A program made the position numbers and the translations under genes. Below the pieces are notes generated by a model. It was given only the letters and a program-made list of their open reading frames with translations, had not been told where the DNA came from and did no database searches. From NCBI GenBank assembly GCA_021107855.1, contig JAIORZ010000002.1:245425-309424 (forward strand): DNA of 64,000 nt. Reading direction: 5' to 3'. The stretch is from an archaeon. Its GTDB lineage: Archaea > Nanobdellota > Nanobdellia > Pacearchaeales > GW2011-AR1. This document shows, piece by piece, positions 18,084 through 28,523 of this stretch; position 1 is the first letter of the stretch, and every line of letters begins with the position of its first letter.

Positions 18084-20315
18084 TTATTGTTTCTCAGCTT
18101 TCTTAACCACTTTCTTTTCCGTAACTTTCAGCGGCTTCTCAATCGTCTTCGAAATCTCACTTATCGCCTTCCCAAAATCTTCCGAAGTAATTTTTATCTT
18201 CTTAACATCTTCTTCCTTGTAATTTCTCCTTATCGCATTCAAACCCGCCCTCCGACAAGCACTCTCCACTTCCGCACCATTCCATCCAGAGGTCTTCTTC
18301 GCTAATTCCGAAAGCGACACCGACTTTTCCAACGGCATATTCTTCGTATGAACCTTAAAAATTTCCTCAATCGTCTTATCATCCGGATTAGTCAATTCAA
18401 CATGAGCCTCAATCCTCCCAGGTCTAAGAAGCGCAGAGTCAATTAAATCTTTCCTGTTTGTCGCCGCTATAACTATAACATTCTCCAACTCTTCCACCCC
18501 GTCCAACTCAGTCAAAAGCTGATTAACTACTTTCTCCGAAGAACCACTCCCTATCCCAGAACCACGGGATTTCGAAATTGAATCAAACTCATCAAAGAAA
18601 ATTATAGAAGGTGAAACCTGATTCGCCTTTTTGAAAATCTCTCGCACATGTTTTTCCGATTCTCCCACCCATTTTGAAATCAACTCCGGACCCTTAACCG
18701 AAATAAAATTCGCATTCGATTCATTCGCCACAGCCTTCGCCAAAAGCGTTTTCCCCGTGCCAGGCGGTCCGTGAAGGAGAATTCCCTTACTCGGTTTAAT
18801 CCCAGCAGCCCTGTATAAATCCGGACGAAGAAGCGGAAACTCCACCAACTCTCGCAACTTCTCCTTCGCCTCCTCCAACCCCGCAACATCAGTCCATTTC
18901 ACATTCGGCTTCTTAATCAAAACTTCCCTCATCGCAGAAGGCTCAACCATCTTCATAGCATAAACAAAATTATCCCGCGATATCATTATCTTCTCCAGCA
19001 ACTCCCTTTTCTTCAACTCCAAATCCCCACATTTTTCCTCATCCTGCTCCTCCAACTGTTCTCCAATCGAAATAATCTCACTATAAAATGGCTTTACCGA
19101 ATGAAGCGCCGCCTCTTTACACAAAACCTCAAGGTCAGCCCCCGTATACCCAATCGTCTTATTAGAAAATTCCTCCAAAAGCTTCTCCTTATCATTCAAA
19201 GGCATATTCCTCGTATGAATTTGTAAAATCTCTTTCCGGCCCTCTTCCGTAGGCGGATTAATCCTCAACTCCCTATCAAATCTCCCTGGTCGCCTCAACG
19301 CTTCATCCAAATCCTCCGGTCGATTCGTTGCTGCCATAACCACAACCTGCCCACGAGATTTCAAACCATCCATCAAAGTCAAAAGTTGAGTCGTAACCCG
19401 CTTCTCCGCCTGGTCATGTGACTCCCCCCGCTTCGGAGCTATCGCGTCTATCTCATCTATAAAAATTATTGCCGGAGAATTCTTCTCAGCTTCCTCAAAT
19501 TTCTTCCGAAGATTCTCCTCAGAACCCCCATGATATTTAGACATAATCTCTGGACCGGCAATCGAAATAAATTTAGCATCCGTCTCCGTCGCCACAGCTT
19601 TCGCAAGAAGAGTCTTCCCCGTTCCAGGCGGACCCGTCAAAAGAACTCCCTTCGGCGCGCTAATCCCCAATCTCTGAAAAATATCCGGATGCTTCATCGG
19701 AAACTCAACCATCTCCCTAATTTTCTCCATCTCTTCCTTCAACCCACCAATATCTTCATAGTAAATATTCGCCCCAGAACCCTCTCCAATATCATCCGCA
19801 ATTCCAATTTTCGTCACTTCCGCAACAAATCCAAATTCCGTTTTCTTCGGCAAAACCCTTGTTATCGAATACGCCAATTTCCCAACCGACGTCGGAATTG
19901 TAATTTTCTGCCCAATCGAAACCGGAGAATCCACCAACATCTTTTTGAATTCATCCGAATCCTTTAACTGGGAATTATAGGATTTCAATTGCTCGTTCGA
20001 AAACGATTCATGTGGCAATATCGCCAATGTCACGGATTTCAACGTCGGAATCTTCTCCACTTTTGACACTGTCGCTTTCTCTCCCACCGACAAACCCAGC
20101 ACCGACCTCGCCTCCCCATCGAGACTAATTCTCCCCTGAAATTCATCACTTATTTTTATCGCCCTAAGATAAAGCTCCTTCTTCCCACTTATCCTTACAA
20201 TATCACCCGAAACTATTCCCAACGCCTCCATGTCCTCACCCGAAATCGTCGCCAAATTCCTCCCAACATATTTCTGATTCGTTTCTATCACTTCAAGAAT
20301 TATTTTACTTTTCAT
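18084..20315 (-). CDS. cdc48: CDC48/VCP-family AAA+ ATPase, divergent second copy
   Basis: N domain plus two AAA modules (GPPGTGKT twice; IFIDEID, IFFDEFD; RRPGRFD, LRPGRIE). Confidence 0.93.
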   Translation of the reverse strand: MKSKIILEVIETNQKYVGRNLATISGEDMEALGIVSGDIVRISGKKELYLRAIKISDEFQGRISLDGEARSVLGLSVGEKATVSKVEKIPTLKSVTLAILPHESFSNEQLKSYNSQLKDSDEFKKMLVDSPVSIGQKITIPTSVGKLAYSITRVLPKKTEFGFVAEVTKIGIADDIGEGSGANIYYEDIGGLKEEMEKIREMVEFPMKHPDIFQRLGISAPKGVLLTGPPGTGKTLLAKAVATETDAKFISIAGPEIMSKYHGGSEENLRKKFEEAEKNSPAIIFIDEIDAIAPKRGESHDQAEKRVTTQLLTLMDGLKSRGQVVVMAATNRPEDLDEALRRPGRFDRELRINPPTEEGRKEILQIHTRNMPLNDKEKLLEEFSNKTIGYTGADLEVLCKEAALHSVKPFYSEIISIGEQLEEQDEEKCGDLELKKRELLEKIMISRDNFVYAMKMVEPSAMREVLIKKPNVKWTDVAGLEEAKEKLRELVEFPLLRPDLYRAAGIKPSKGILLHGPPGTGKTLLAKAVANESNANFISVKGPELISKWVGESEKHVREIFKKANQVSPSIIFFDEFDSISKSRGSGIGSGSSEKVVNQLLTELDGVEELENVIVIAATNRKDLIDSALLRPGRIEAHVELTNPDDKTIEEIFKVHTKNMPLEKSVSLSELAKKTSGWNGAEVESACRRAGLNAIRRNYKEEDVKKIKITSEDFGKAISEISKTIEKPLKVTEKKVVKKAEKQ

Positions 20316-20671
20316 TTTCTAAGAGAAACCTCCAATATCCCGTTAGAAAAAGTATAGTCAACTTTTCTTTTTGAGAGTGCTTTGGGAAGATTATATCTCA
20401 AAATTTCATCATTTCCAAATCTTACCGCTAAAATTTTCTGTCCACCATAAACTCTTTCCCCATATTCGTTTGTTTCTAAATTATCTTCAATTCCTACGGA
20501 AACTATTTTTCTTCCAGATAAGTCAAAAATTAAAATTGTTTCCCTTTTCGATTCAATCGTGTTCAAAAGACTCTGAGTTTGGTTCCGCGAATCCTGAGAA
20601 TGAGACCTTTTGCCTCCAGATAATTGATTAAACAAATCTTCTATCCCCATAAATGAATCATCGCCAAACAT
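20312..20671 (-). CDS. Small heat-shock protein (Hsp20-like), divergent
   Basis: MFGDDSF N-terminus, YNLP...., [14 protein letters not shown] alpha-crystallin end. Confidence 0.65.
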   Translation of the reverse strand: MFGDDSFMGIEDLFNQLSGGKRSHSQDSRNQTQSLLNTIESKRETILIFDLSGRKIVSVGIEDNLETNEYGERVYGGQKILAVRFGNDEILRYNLPKALSKRKVDYTFSNGILEVSLRK

Positions 20672-20673
20672 TT

Positions 20674-22977
20674 TTACCCCGTGTAACTAGCACTTGTATC
20701 CGACAACGCCGCCCTGGCACTTTTCAAATATTTCTGCTCTACTTGTTTATATCTTTTCTGGTCGTTTTCCGAAACCGACGGCTGAATCTTCCCCAACGCC
20801 TCATCAAAATGTTTCTTCATGACTTTTTTAGCATTGATATCTTCCCTCAAAGCCAACATCGCAGCCTCCCGAGCCAACGCTTCCAAATCTGCCCCAGTAT
20901 ACCCAATAGTTTCCTCCGAAATCTTTTTTATATCAACCAATTTATCCAAAGGCGTTTTCGCAGTATGAATTTTCAAAATTTCATGTCGCCCTATCTCATC
21001 CGGAACCGAAACGTAAACTATCCTATCAAAACGACCCGGACGCATCAAAGCCGGGTCCAAAATATCCGGTCGATTCGTCGCTCCAACCACTATAACATTC
21101 GTCAAATCCTCAATCCCATCCATTTCCGCAAGCATCTGATTCAAAACATTTTCCGCGACTTTCGTACCACCACTCATTCCCCCACCTCGTCTACCAGCCA
21201 AAGAATCTATCTCATCAAAGAAAATTATACAAGGCGAAACCTGCCTAGCCCTCTCAAATATTTTCCTAACTCCTTCCTCAGATTTCCCAACCCACATACT
21301 CAAAAGACTCGGTCCCTTAATCTGAATAAAATTTGCCTCAGACTCATTCGCCACTGCCTTCGCCAAAAGCGTCTTACCCGTGCCAGGCGGACCGTAAAGA
21401 AGAACACCCTTAGGCGGAGATATTCCCATAGCTGAAAATGAATCCGGATATTTAAGCGGCCATTCAACCGCCTCCTTCAAATCCCGTTTCACATTCTCAA
21501 TCCCACCGATATCATCCCACTTTATATTCGGAGTCTCTACCAAAACCTCTCGCATAGCAGAAGGTCTAACCATTTTCAACGCCTCATCAAAATCCTTCCC
21601 AGAAACCTTCAACACATTCAAAATCTCTTGCGGAATTTCATTATCCTCCTCGAGATTAAACTTATGGATATTTTTTCTCAAAACATTCATCGCCGCTTCT
21701 TTCGCCAAGGAATTTATATCGGCTCCAACAAACCCATGCGTTTTCCGCGCAAGTTCAACCAAATCCACAGACCTCGTAAGAGGCATCCCTCGTGTATGAA
21801 TTTTCAAAATCTGCAACCGTCCAACCTTATCCGGAACCGAAATCTCCACCTCTCTATCAAACCTTCCAGGACGACGTAAAGCCGGATCAATCGCACTCGG
21901 TCGGTTAGTCGCTCCAATCACAACAACCTTCCCCCTCGCCTGAAGCCCATCCATCATCGTCAAAAGCTGAGAAACCACTCTCCGTTCCACCTCGCCCCCG
22001 ACATCCTCCCGCTTCGGAGCCAAAGAATCTATCTCATCAATAAAAATTATCGCCGGCGCATTCTTCTCCGCCTCTTCAAATATAGACCGAATCTTCTTCT
22101 CAGACTCACCATAAAATTTAGACATAACCTCAGGTCCGTTAAGTAAAATAAAATGTGCATCAGATTCATTCGCTACCGCTTTCGCTAAAAGTGTTTTCCC
22201 CGTTCCAGGAGAGCCATAAAGAAGAACACCTTTCGGAGGCTCAATTCCCAATCTCGAAAAAATCTCTGGACGTTTCAACGGAAGTTCCACCATCTCCCTA
22301 ACTTTCTTAACCTCTTCCGTCAGCCCACCAATATCCTCATACGTTATCTGCGGAATCGACTCTTCAGAAATTTCCACAGCTTTCGGATTCAAAATTATCT
22401 GCGTATTCTCAGTTATAACACAAGGCTGATTCGGCGCAGTTGATACTATCGCGAACCTGACCTGCGTAAGCCCACCCGGCATTCCCCCAAATCCCATCTG
22501 ATTAAACAAATCCCCCATATCTCCAAAAAAATCCTCTGACATCAAATCTTTTCTCTGCTGAGCACCACCCATCACCACAATATCTCCCCTATTAACCGGC
22601 TTACCCAAAAGCCCCCGTCTAAAACTATCCGAATTACCCTTAACCACAATCCCTTTCTGAGCCGGCGCAATCGTAACCTTTTTCGCCTCCCTAATGTCCC
22701 CTTTCCCTATCTGAACATGCTCACCAATCCCCGTTTTAGCATTTTTCCTAGTTATCCCATCCATCCTAATTATATCCTCACCCCTGTCTGCCGGATACGC
22801 CTGGTCTATAATACAACAAGTCTCCCTATCTCCCTTTATCAAAACAATATCCCCTCTCTCCAAATTAAACTTCCGCATCAAATCGGGGTCAATCCTAACT
22901 ATCCCCTTATACGCATCATCCTGCAAAGCCTCCACTACCCTCAACTTCATCGTGCCAATCTCCTTTCTATCTACCAT
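20674..22977 (-). CDS. cdc48: CDC48/VCP-family AAA+ ATPase
   Basis: [50 protein letters not shown] twice. Confidence 0.96.
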   Translation of the reverse strand: MVDRKEIGTMKLRVVEALQDDAYKGIVRIDPDLMRKFNLERGDIVLIKGDRETCCIIDQAYPADRGEDIIRMDGITRKNAKTGIGEHVQIGKGDIREAKKVTIAPAQKGIVVKGNSDSFRRGLLGKPVNRGDIVVMGGAQQRKDLMSEDFFGDMGDLFNQMGFGGMPGGLTQVRFAIVSTAPNQPCVITENTQIILNPKAVEISEESIPQITYEDIGGLTEEVKKVREMVELPLKRPEIFSRLGIEPPKGVLLYGSPGTGKTLLAKAVANESDAHFILLNGPEVMSKFYGESEKKIRSIFEEAEKNAPAIIFIDEIDSLAPKREDVGGEVERRVVSQLLTMMDGLQARGKVVVIGATNRPSAIDPALRRPGRFDREVEISVPDKVGRLQILKIHTRGMPLTRSVDLVELARKTHGFVGADINSLAKEAAMNVLRKNIHKFNLEEDNEIPQEILNVLKVSGKDFDEALKMVRPSAMREVLVETPNIKWDDIGGIENVKRDLKEAVEWPLKYPDSFSAMGISPPKGVLLYGPPGTGKTLLAKAVANESEANFIQIKGPSLLSMWVGKSEEGVRKIFERARQVSPCIIFFDEIDSLAGRRGGGMSGGTKVAENVLNQMLAEMDGIEDLTNVIVVGATNRPDILDPALMRPGRFDRIVYVSVPDEIGRHEILKIHTAKTPLDKLVDIKKISEETIGYTGADLEALAREAAMLALREDINAKKVMKKHFDEALGKIQPSVSENDQKRYKQVEQKYLKSARAALSDTSASYTG

Positions 22978-23309
22978 TTAAAATTTAACGAAACCCTCCC
23001 CATTTCTTCCATGCAAAGATTTACCATTTTATTCATTTCTTCTTCCTGCTCATTCATAAAGTCAATTATCTCCCTCGGAATCGAGACCGCGTAAGAATTT
23101 CCCACGAACCTGAGTTTGACCTTAAAGTTTTTTTTCTTGAGATTCTGAAAACTTTCATACTCTTTTAAATCTTCTGGATGGATAATCAAATTCTTACACG
23201 GCTCACATTTCAAAGTCCTCAAAATAAACCCCTTCCTAGTTATCTGCTCGGGCTGCATTTTCTTATTACAATGCTTGCACAGAATCGTGTTTTCAAATAT
23301 ATCTTGCAT
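22971..23309 (-). CDS. Zn-ribbon plus AbrB/MazE-like protein
   Basis: CKHC...CEPC, then VKLRFVGNSYAVSIPREI. Confidence 0.65.
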   Translation of the reverse strand: MQDIFENTILCKHCNKKMQPEQITRKGFILRTLKCEPCKNLIIHPEDLKEYESFQNLKKKNFKVKLRFVGNSYAVSIPREIIDFMNEQEEEMNKMVNLCMEEMGRVSLNFKW

Positions 23310-23383
23310 GTATATATATTGTGTGTATACTTTATAAAGTTTATCGTGGCAAAGGTTATAAATAGAAATTAACTAATTGAACC

Positions 23384-23953
23384 ATGAAATATTTTAAGAG
23401 AGTGTGGAAATTTTTACAAGAAGACAGTTGGCCATCATTTTTCGTAACACTTGCCCTAGCCTTTGTCATAATCAAATTCATCTTCTTTCCCGGATTATCA
23501 TTTCTAACCGGAACGAGTTTGCCACTTGTAATTGTCGAGTCATGCAGCATGTATCACCACGAGGACGGACTCGAGAAAACTTTTGAAAGTTCTGTTTACG
23601 CAGATTACGGATTAAACTTAGCAAACACAATCAACTGGGATTTCCAAAACGGCTTTACCAAAGGCGACGTAATTTTTGTTACTGGAGTTAAAAACATTGA
23701 AATTGGAGACGTGATTATCTTTGAAGGTGGAGCGCGATACCCCCTAATTCACCGAGTTATTGAAAGCGGAGAAACTTACGCCACAAAAGGAGACAACTAC
23801 AAAACCAATTCAAAACAATTAGAAAGCGAGAAAAAAATTTCCGAAGACCAGCTAATTGGGAAAGCCTTATTCAAAATCCCCGTAATTGGTTGGGCAAAAC
23901 TAATCTTTTTCGAACTAGGAAGACCCAGTCGGGATCGCGGGATTTGTAGATAA
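23384..23953 (+). CDS. Signal peptidase I (S26, archaeal Ser/His type)
   Basis: N-terminal TM, IVESCSMYH, KGDVIFV, LIHRV, TKGDN. Confidence 0.85.
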   Translation: MKYFKRVWKFLQEDSWPSFFVTLALAFVIIKFIFFPGLSFLTGTSLPLVIVESCSMYHHEDGLEKTFESSVYADYGLNLANTINWDFQNGFTKGDVIFVTGVKNIEIGDVIIFEGGARYPLIHRVIESGETYATKGDNYKTNSKQLESEKKISEDQLIGKALFKIPVIGWAKLIFFELGRPSRDRGICR

Positions 23954-23983
23954 TTTTTTAAAGTTCGTATCCTGACCTTTTGA

Positions 23984-24292
23984 ATGGAATTTTGTCCAAA
24001 GTGCGGTAGTATTCTTATAATGAAAAGGACGAAAGTCGGTTGCCCTAAATGTAATTACATGGCAAAAGGAAAGGTTGATATGGAGATGAAGGAAGATGTT
24101 GATGAAAAAGTTGATGTTGCAGTTGTTGATGAGAAAAAAGAAAATGTGAATCCCGTTACGGATTGGGATTGCCATAAATGCGGGGGCAAAAAAGCGTATT
24201 TTTGGATTAGGCAGATGAGGAGCGGGGATGAGCCGGAGTCGAAATTTTATGAATGTGTGAAGTGCGGGAAGACTTGTCGGGTTGATGATTGA
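23984..24292 (+). CDS. tfs: Transcription factor S (TFS/RpoM)
   Basis: MEFCPKCGS, C..CG...AYFW..QMRSGDEPES.FY.C..CG. Confidence 0.95.
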   Translation: MEFCPKCGSILIMKRTKVGCPKCNYMAKGKVDMEMKEDVDEKVDVAVVDEKKENVNPVTDWDCHKCGGKKAYFWIRQMRSGDEPESKFYECVKCGKTCRVDD

Positions 24293-24309
24293 GAGGGGAA
24301 GATCAAAAA

Positions 24310-25107
24310 ATGAACAAAAAACAACTTGAATTTATTAAAAGATTACGTGAAGATTTAATAAGATATAGGATTGAAAATAGTAGGGAATTATCTTATGATG
24401 AATTAAAACATCTTTCTTCTTTAGTTGATTATAAAAAAGGTGAAATTGGTCTACGGTTTCTTCCCACAGGGAAGGAATATTCTCAAGAGTTTGGTGTAGT
24501 TGAATATACTTTAATTAGATGGGTTAAGAAACACCTAACAAAAGAAGAGCAACTCTTAAGAGATAAAGCAATTAAGGACAGAATAAAAAATGGATTTAAT
24601 TTACTGCCTTTAAAAAAACAAGGAAAAATAAGGAAAATTTCAAGGGAAAATCAAAAGAAAAATGTGATTAAGTCAAAAAAGGCGGAAGAATGGGTTAAAA
24701 AGAAACTTAAAAAAGAAGGATGGAAAGTTGAAAGATTATATGAGATTAAAGATTATTCTCTCATTGAGGGAAGGCCAAGTTTTGCAGGTTGTTTCAGGCA
24801 TGATGAATTAAAAGATTTTGTAAGGGGAACGGGGAGAGAGAAAGCAATTGATATTCTTTATGATTTTCACTCTACAAAAACAGATTGTATAACGACTAAT
24901 CACACAACTAAAAAAACTAAATATAATTATAAAAAAGGATATATGTTGCCTGATTTTATTTGTAGAAAGGGCAAAAGAATAAAGTTTGTAGAAGTTAAAA
25001 ATATGACAAATGGTTGTTCTATTGAAAATATTCCTCAATCAAAAACTTTAATGAAGTTGAGGAAAGAAGGGTTTGAAGTTGAATTGATAAATGTAACTGA
25101 TGTTTAG
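24310..25107 (+). CDS. Hypothetical protein with a C-terminal VRR-NUC-like PD-(D/E)xK nuclease domain
   Basis: LPDFICRKGKRIKFVEVK...Q......LRKEGFEVELI; AT-rich; ATG 24310 preferred over TTG 24289. Confidence 0.6.
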   Translation: MNKKQLEFIKRLREDLIRYRIENSRELSYDELKHLSSLVDYKKGEIGLRFLPTGKEYSQEFGVVEYTLIRWVKKHLTKEEQLLRDKAIKDRIKNGFNLLPLKKQGKIRKISRENQKKNVIKSKKAEEWVKKKLKKEGWKVERLYEIKDYSLIEGRPSFAGCFRHDELKDFVRGTGREKAIDILYDFHSTKTDCITTNHTTKKTKYNYKKGYMLPDFICRKGKRIKFVEVKNMTNGCSIENIPQSKTLMKLRKEGFEVELINVTDV

Positions 25108-25210
25108 AAATTACTTCCTTTGTTTTTTCTTTTAAAGATTAAGATTAAATAGTGTGCATAAACCCTTTTATTGCCTTAACCTCTTTTGGTTATCTTTGGA
25201 CTTACATAAA

Positions 25211-25242
25211 TCGGGGTTTATTAACAATTTGAATAAACCCGA
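25211..25242. terminator. Inverted repeat between the converging nuclease gene and tRNA-Lys
   Basis: GGGTTTATT (25214-22) / AATAAACCC (25232-40), a perfect 9-bp stem. Confidence 0.4.
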
Positions 25243-25268
25243 GGAGGGTCTATAAATGAAAATGAAAA

Positions 25269-25343
25269 TGGCCTCGAGGGGATTTGAACCCCCGACACCT
25301 AGATTAAGAGTCTAGTGCTCTAACCAGGCTGAGCTACGAAGCC
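25269..25343 (-). tRNA. tRNA-Lys(CTT), CCA not encoded
   Basis: GGCTTCG/CGAGGCC acceptor, CTAGA-CT-CTT-AA-TCTAG anticodon arm, GTTCAAAT T-loop. Confidence 0.97.
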
Positions 25344-25418
25344 ATGGGCGAAGTAGCGAAGTCCTTTTAGGCTGAGGGCCGCAGAGCGGGTCATCCCTGT
25401 GGGAAGCTACGAAGCCAT
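25332..25418. repeat. 14-bp direct repeat of the tRNA-Lys 5' end flanking a 59-bp GC-rich insert
   Basis: AGCTACGAAGCCAT at 25332-45 and 25405-18. Confidence 0.85.
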
Positions 25419-25452
25419 AAACATTCATGAGAAATTCAATTTAAAAAACTAT

Positions 25453-25719
25453 CTAACTAACTATCTTCCTAATCGCGGCAATATGCTCCGAAACCTCAGT
25501 CCCTCTCTTCGTCAACTTAATAATCTTAATCCTTCCCTTCTTCTCAAAACTCACAAGCCCAATCTCCTCCAAAGTCTGCAAAATCTTCACGGCATGCGAA
25601 TACGTACAATCGACCTCCTTAGCCAACTGCGAACCGTACTTCGCCCGAGAAACTTTCCCAAGCGCTATCAGCATCATCGCTGGTTTTCTCCTGAAAAATA
25701 AATCAAAGCTGGTTCCCAT
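25453..25719 (-). CDS. Winged helix-turn-helix DNA-binding protein
   Basis: SQLAKEVDCTYSHAVKILQTLEEIGLVSFEKKGRIKIIKLTKRG. Confidence 0.85.
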   Translation of the reverse strand: MGTSFDLFFRRKPAMMLIALGKVSRAKYGSQLAKEVDCTYSHAVKILQTLEEIGLVSFEKKGRIKIIKLTKRGTEVSEHIAAIRKIVS

Positions 25720-25889
25720 TGTATTGTTTAACGTATATATTATAACGTATATGTTAGAGTTATAATTTGCTTATAAGTTTTTCTGCTAATTTTCGCCCAC
25801 ACCCAGTAGAGACAGAATTTCGTTCCAGTGACAGAAAATTTCCGAGTAGCAACAGAAAAGTTTAAGTAATAATTCCCTATTCCCCTACC

Positions 25890-27173
25890 ATGCTAGATGT
25901 GAAATTTATTAGAGATAATATCGACATTGTAAAAGAGAATATGCGTCGGAAGAATCAAAAAGATTTGAAAATTGTCGACGAATTAGTTTCTTTGGATAGT
26001 AAATGGAGAAAATTGAAATATGATGAAGATGGGCTGAGAAGCGAGAGAAATAAGATTAGTGAAGAAGTTGGTGCATTGAAAAAGGCGGGTAAAAGTGCCA
26101 CCAAAAAATTGAAAGAAGCAAAAACAATTCCTAAGAAAATTGGTGAGATTGAAAAGAAAAGAAAAAAGTTGGAAATAAAAATTTTGAAAGTGCAAATGAA
26201 AATTCCCAACATCATGTCAGGCAATGTTCCTTTAGGAAAGAATGAGGATGAGAACGTTGAAGAGAGGCGAATTGGAGAACCTAAAGATTTAGGATTTGAG
26301 CCGAAGAGTCATGTTGAGATTTTAGAGAATCTGGAAATGGCTGATTTTGAAAGTTCAGCTAGAGTTTCTGGAACTGGATTTTATTATTTAGAAGACGAAG
26401 TTGCTATGTTAAATGTCGCCCTGATTAATTATGCAAGAGATGTCATGAGGTCGAAAGGATTTCGTTATGTCGAGACGCCGTATCTATTGAGAGAAGAAAT
26501 TATCGACGAGGTAACGGATTTAAATGACAAAGAGGCACAGATTTATTTGACCGATAATAAACCGAAGCTAGCTTTGATTGGAACGAGTGAGCATTCTTTA
26601 ATTGGGCGATTTGCCGGAACAGAAATTGATTTTAAAAAATTGCCAATTAAACAAACGAGTTATTCGATGTGTTTTAGAAAAGAGATTGGGGCACATGGAA
26701 TTGACGAAAAGGGTTTATTTCGAACGCACCAATTCAACAAAATCGAAATGATTGTAATTTGCGGACCCGACCTCCCTAAATCAGAATATTTTTACAAAGA
26801 AATGCAGGATATCACGGTTGAGATTTTTGAGAAATTGGGAATCCCGGTTAGAATTTTGAAAATTTGTTCTGGTGATTTGGGGGATTTGAAGTATGAGCAA
26901 ATTGATGTTGAGGCATGGAGTCCCAGGAAGAAAAATTGGTTTGAAGTTGGAAGTTGTTCTAATTTGACGGAAAGTCAGGCTCGGAAATTGAAGATTTTTA
27001 CAAGGAATAAAGGAGAGAGAGTCGTTCCACATACTTTGAATAATACAGCAATTGCGACTTCGAGGGCATTAGTTGCGATTCTAGAAAATTTTCAAAATGA
27101 AGACGGAAGCATCAACGTCCCAGAAGTTCTAATCCCTTACATGGGCGGATTAAAAAAAATCGAAAAGAAATAA
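25890..27173 (+). CDS. serS: Serine--tRNA ligase
   Basis: MLDVKFIR, coiled-coil arm, LIGTSEH, CFRKEIG, GLFRTHQFNKIE, EVGSCSN, HTLNNTAIA.SR. Confidence 0.97.
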   Translation: MLDVKFIRDNIDIVKENMRRKNQKDLKIVDELVSLDSKWRKLKYDEDGLRSERNKISEEVGALKKAGKSATKKLKEAKTIPKKIGEIEKKRKKLEIKILKVQMKIPNIMSGNVPLGKNEDENVEERRIGEPKDLGFEPKSHVEILENLEMADFESSARVSGTGFYYLEDEVAMLNVALINYARDVMRSKGFRYVETPYLLREEIIDEVTDLNDKEAQIYLTDNKPKLALIGTSEHSLIGRFAGTEIDFKKLPIKQTSYSMCFRKEIGAHGIDEKGLFRTHQFNKIEMIVICGPDLPKSEYFYKEMQDITVEIFEKLGIPVRILKICSGDLGDLKYEQIDVEAWSPRKKNWFEVGSCSNLTESQARKLKIFTRNKGERVVPHTLNNTAIATSRALVAILENFQNEDGSINVPEVLIPYMGGLKKIEKK

Positions 27174-28355
27174 TCAACTCGTCATAATTTCAATCCCATC
27201 CCGATGCCTCAACGCATGATCCTTCCCAACCGGCTGCTTCGTCCTAACATCAATCGCCTTAACAAACTTATCCCCAATATCACTATGAAGATGATACGCA
27301 AAATCAAGCGCCGTCGAACCGCTCGGAAGCAAAAAGCAATCGGGCAAAATGTTCCCCTTCGAATCAGCCAACTTAGAGCCAGCCGGAAAAATAGCGACAT
27401 AATCTAACAAATCAAAAACCGCCTTATCCAAAACCTCCTGAACCCCGGTCGAACCAAACTTCTCCAAAACATTCTCCCGTATCTGCTCCAAAGCCTTCTT
27501 CTGCTCCTCGCTTATCTTATCCTCATTAATTTCAAACGCGGACTCCCCCTGAACATATTCAATCATCCCCGCCTTCGCCGCCTGTCTCAAAGAAAGTTCC
27601 GAATCAGCAGAACACGGAATAATCTGAATCTCCGGAAACGCCAACTTCAACTTTTCCAAATTCTCCGAAGCACCCGGTTTATCTATCTTATTCGCAGCAA
27701 TCAACATCGGTTTCGTCGAGTGGCGCAAAGTCTTCGTAAAATTAGCCAAATCTTCAGGCGACCACGATGTCGGATTCTCAGGATTGAGCTTCAACTTAAT
27801 CAAAACCGATTTAACATCAGCCTCCTTAACCCGAAGCCCAGAAAACTGTTTAGCAACAGACTTAGCAAAATCCTGCTTCGTAGACTGAATCGTCCTCGAC
27901 AACTTATCCCAAACCTTCTCAAAAATCGAAGCATACCACTTATTCAACTCACCCTCCAACATCTCAACATCCGCAACCGGGTCCCCCTCGCCCTCGCGCC
28001 CCTCAACATCAGTCGTCGCAGAAATATCAACAATCTGAATAAACATATCAGCCTGCCTCAAATCGTCCAAAAATTTATTACCCAAACCCTTCCCCTCCGA
28101 AGCACCCTTAACCAACCCCGCAACATCCATCATCTCCACCGGCACAAACCTAACATCACCCGTACAAAACCCCGTCCTAGGATTACACCTCGTTCCCAAT
28201 TCCTTGCAAAGTGCCTTAACCCTAACATACCCAATCCCATGATTCGGCTCAATCGTGGCAAACGGATAAGACGCAATCAAAACATCTGACAGCGTCGCAG
28301 CTTTGAAAAACGTAGACTTCCCGCATGAAGGTTTCCCGACTAATCCTAATAACAT
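27174..28355 (-). CDS. ychF: YchF/OLA1-like OBG-family GTPase/ATPase with TGS domain
   Basis: GKPSCGKST, YPFATIEPN, DVAGLV.GA..G.GLGNKFL, ANKID, C-terminal TGS. Confidence 0.92.
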   Translation of the reverse strand: MLLGLVGKPSCGKSTFFKAATLSDVLIASYPFATIEPNHGIGYVRVKALCKELGTRCNPRTGFCTGDVRFVPVEMMDVAGLVKGASEGKGLGNKFLDDLRQADMFIQIVDISATTDVEGREGEGDPVADVEMLEGELNKWYASIFEKVWDKLSRTIQSTKQDFAKSVAKQFSGLRVKEADVKSVLIKLKLNPENPTSWSPEDLANFTKTLRHSTKPMLIAANKIDKPGASENLEKLKLAFPEIQIIPCSADSELSLRQAAKAGMIEYVQGESAFEINEDKISEEQKKALEQIRENVLEKFGSTGVQEVLDKAVFDLLDYVAIFPAGSKLADSKGNILPDCFLLPSGSTALDFAYHLHSDIGDKFVKAIDVRTKQPVGKDHALRHRDGIEIMTS

Positions 28356-28365
28356 TTTAACTAAA

Positions 28366-28484
28366 TGAGCCTGCGGAGATTTGAACTCCGGACCTCTAGC
28401 TTTCTTAGGCGAAAGCTAAACAACCCCCGTAGGAACTGCAGCCATATAAGACTAGCGCTCTAAACCAGACTGAGCTACAGGCTC
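28366..28484 (-). tRNA. tRNA-Ile(TAT) with a 43-nt intron at 37/38 (28402-28444)
   Basis: GAGCCTG/CAGGCTC acceptor; C32T33-TAT-A37; BHB formed by CTTA/TAAG central helix, two 3-nt bulges and GGC/GCC outer helix; TTTTTATA 31 bp upstream. Confidence 0.93.
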
Positions 28485-28523
28485 ATAGAATTAATGAATA
28501 ATTTAGATATAAAAAGATTGGGG

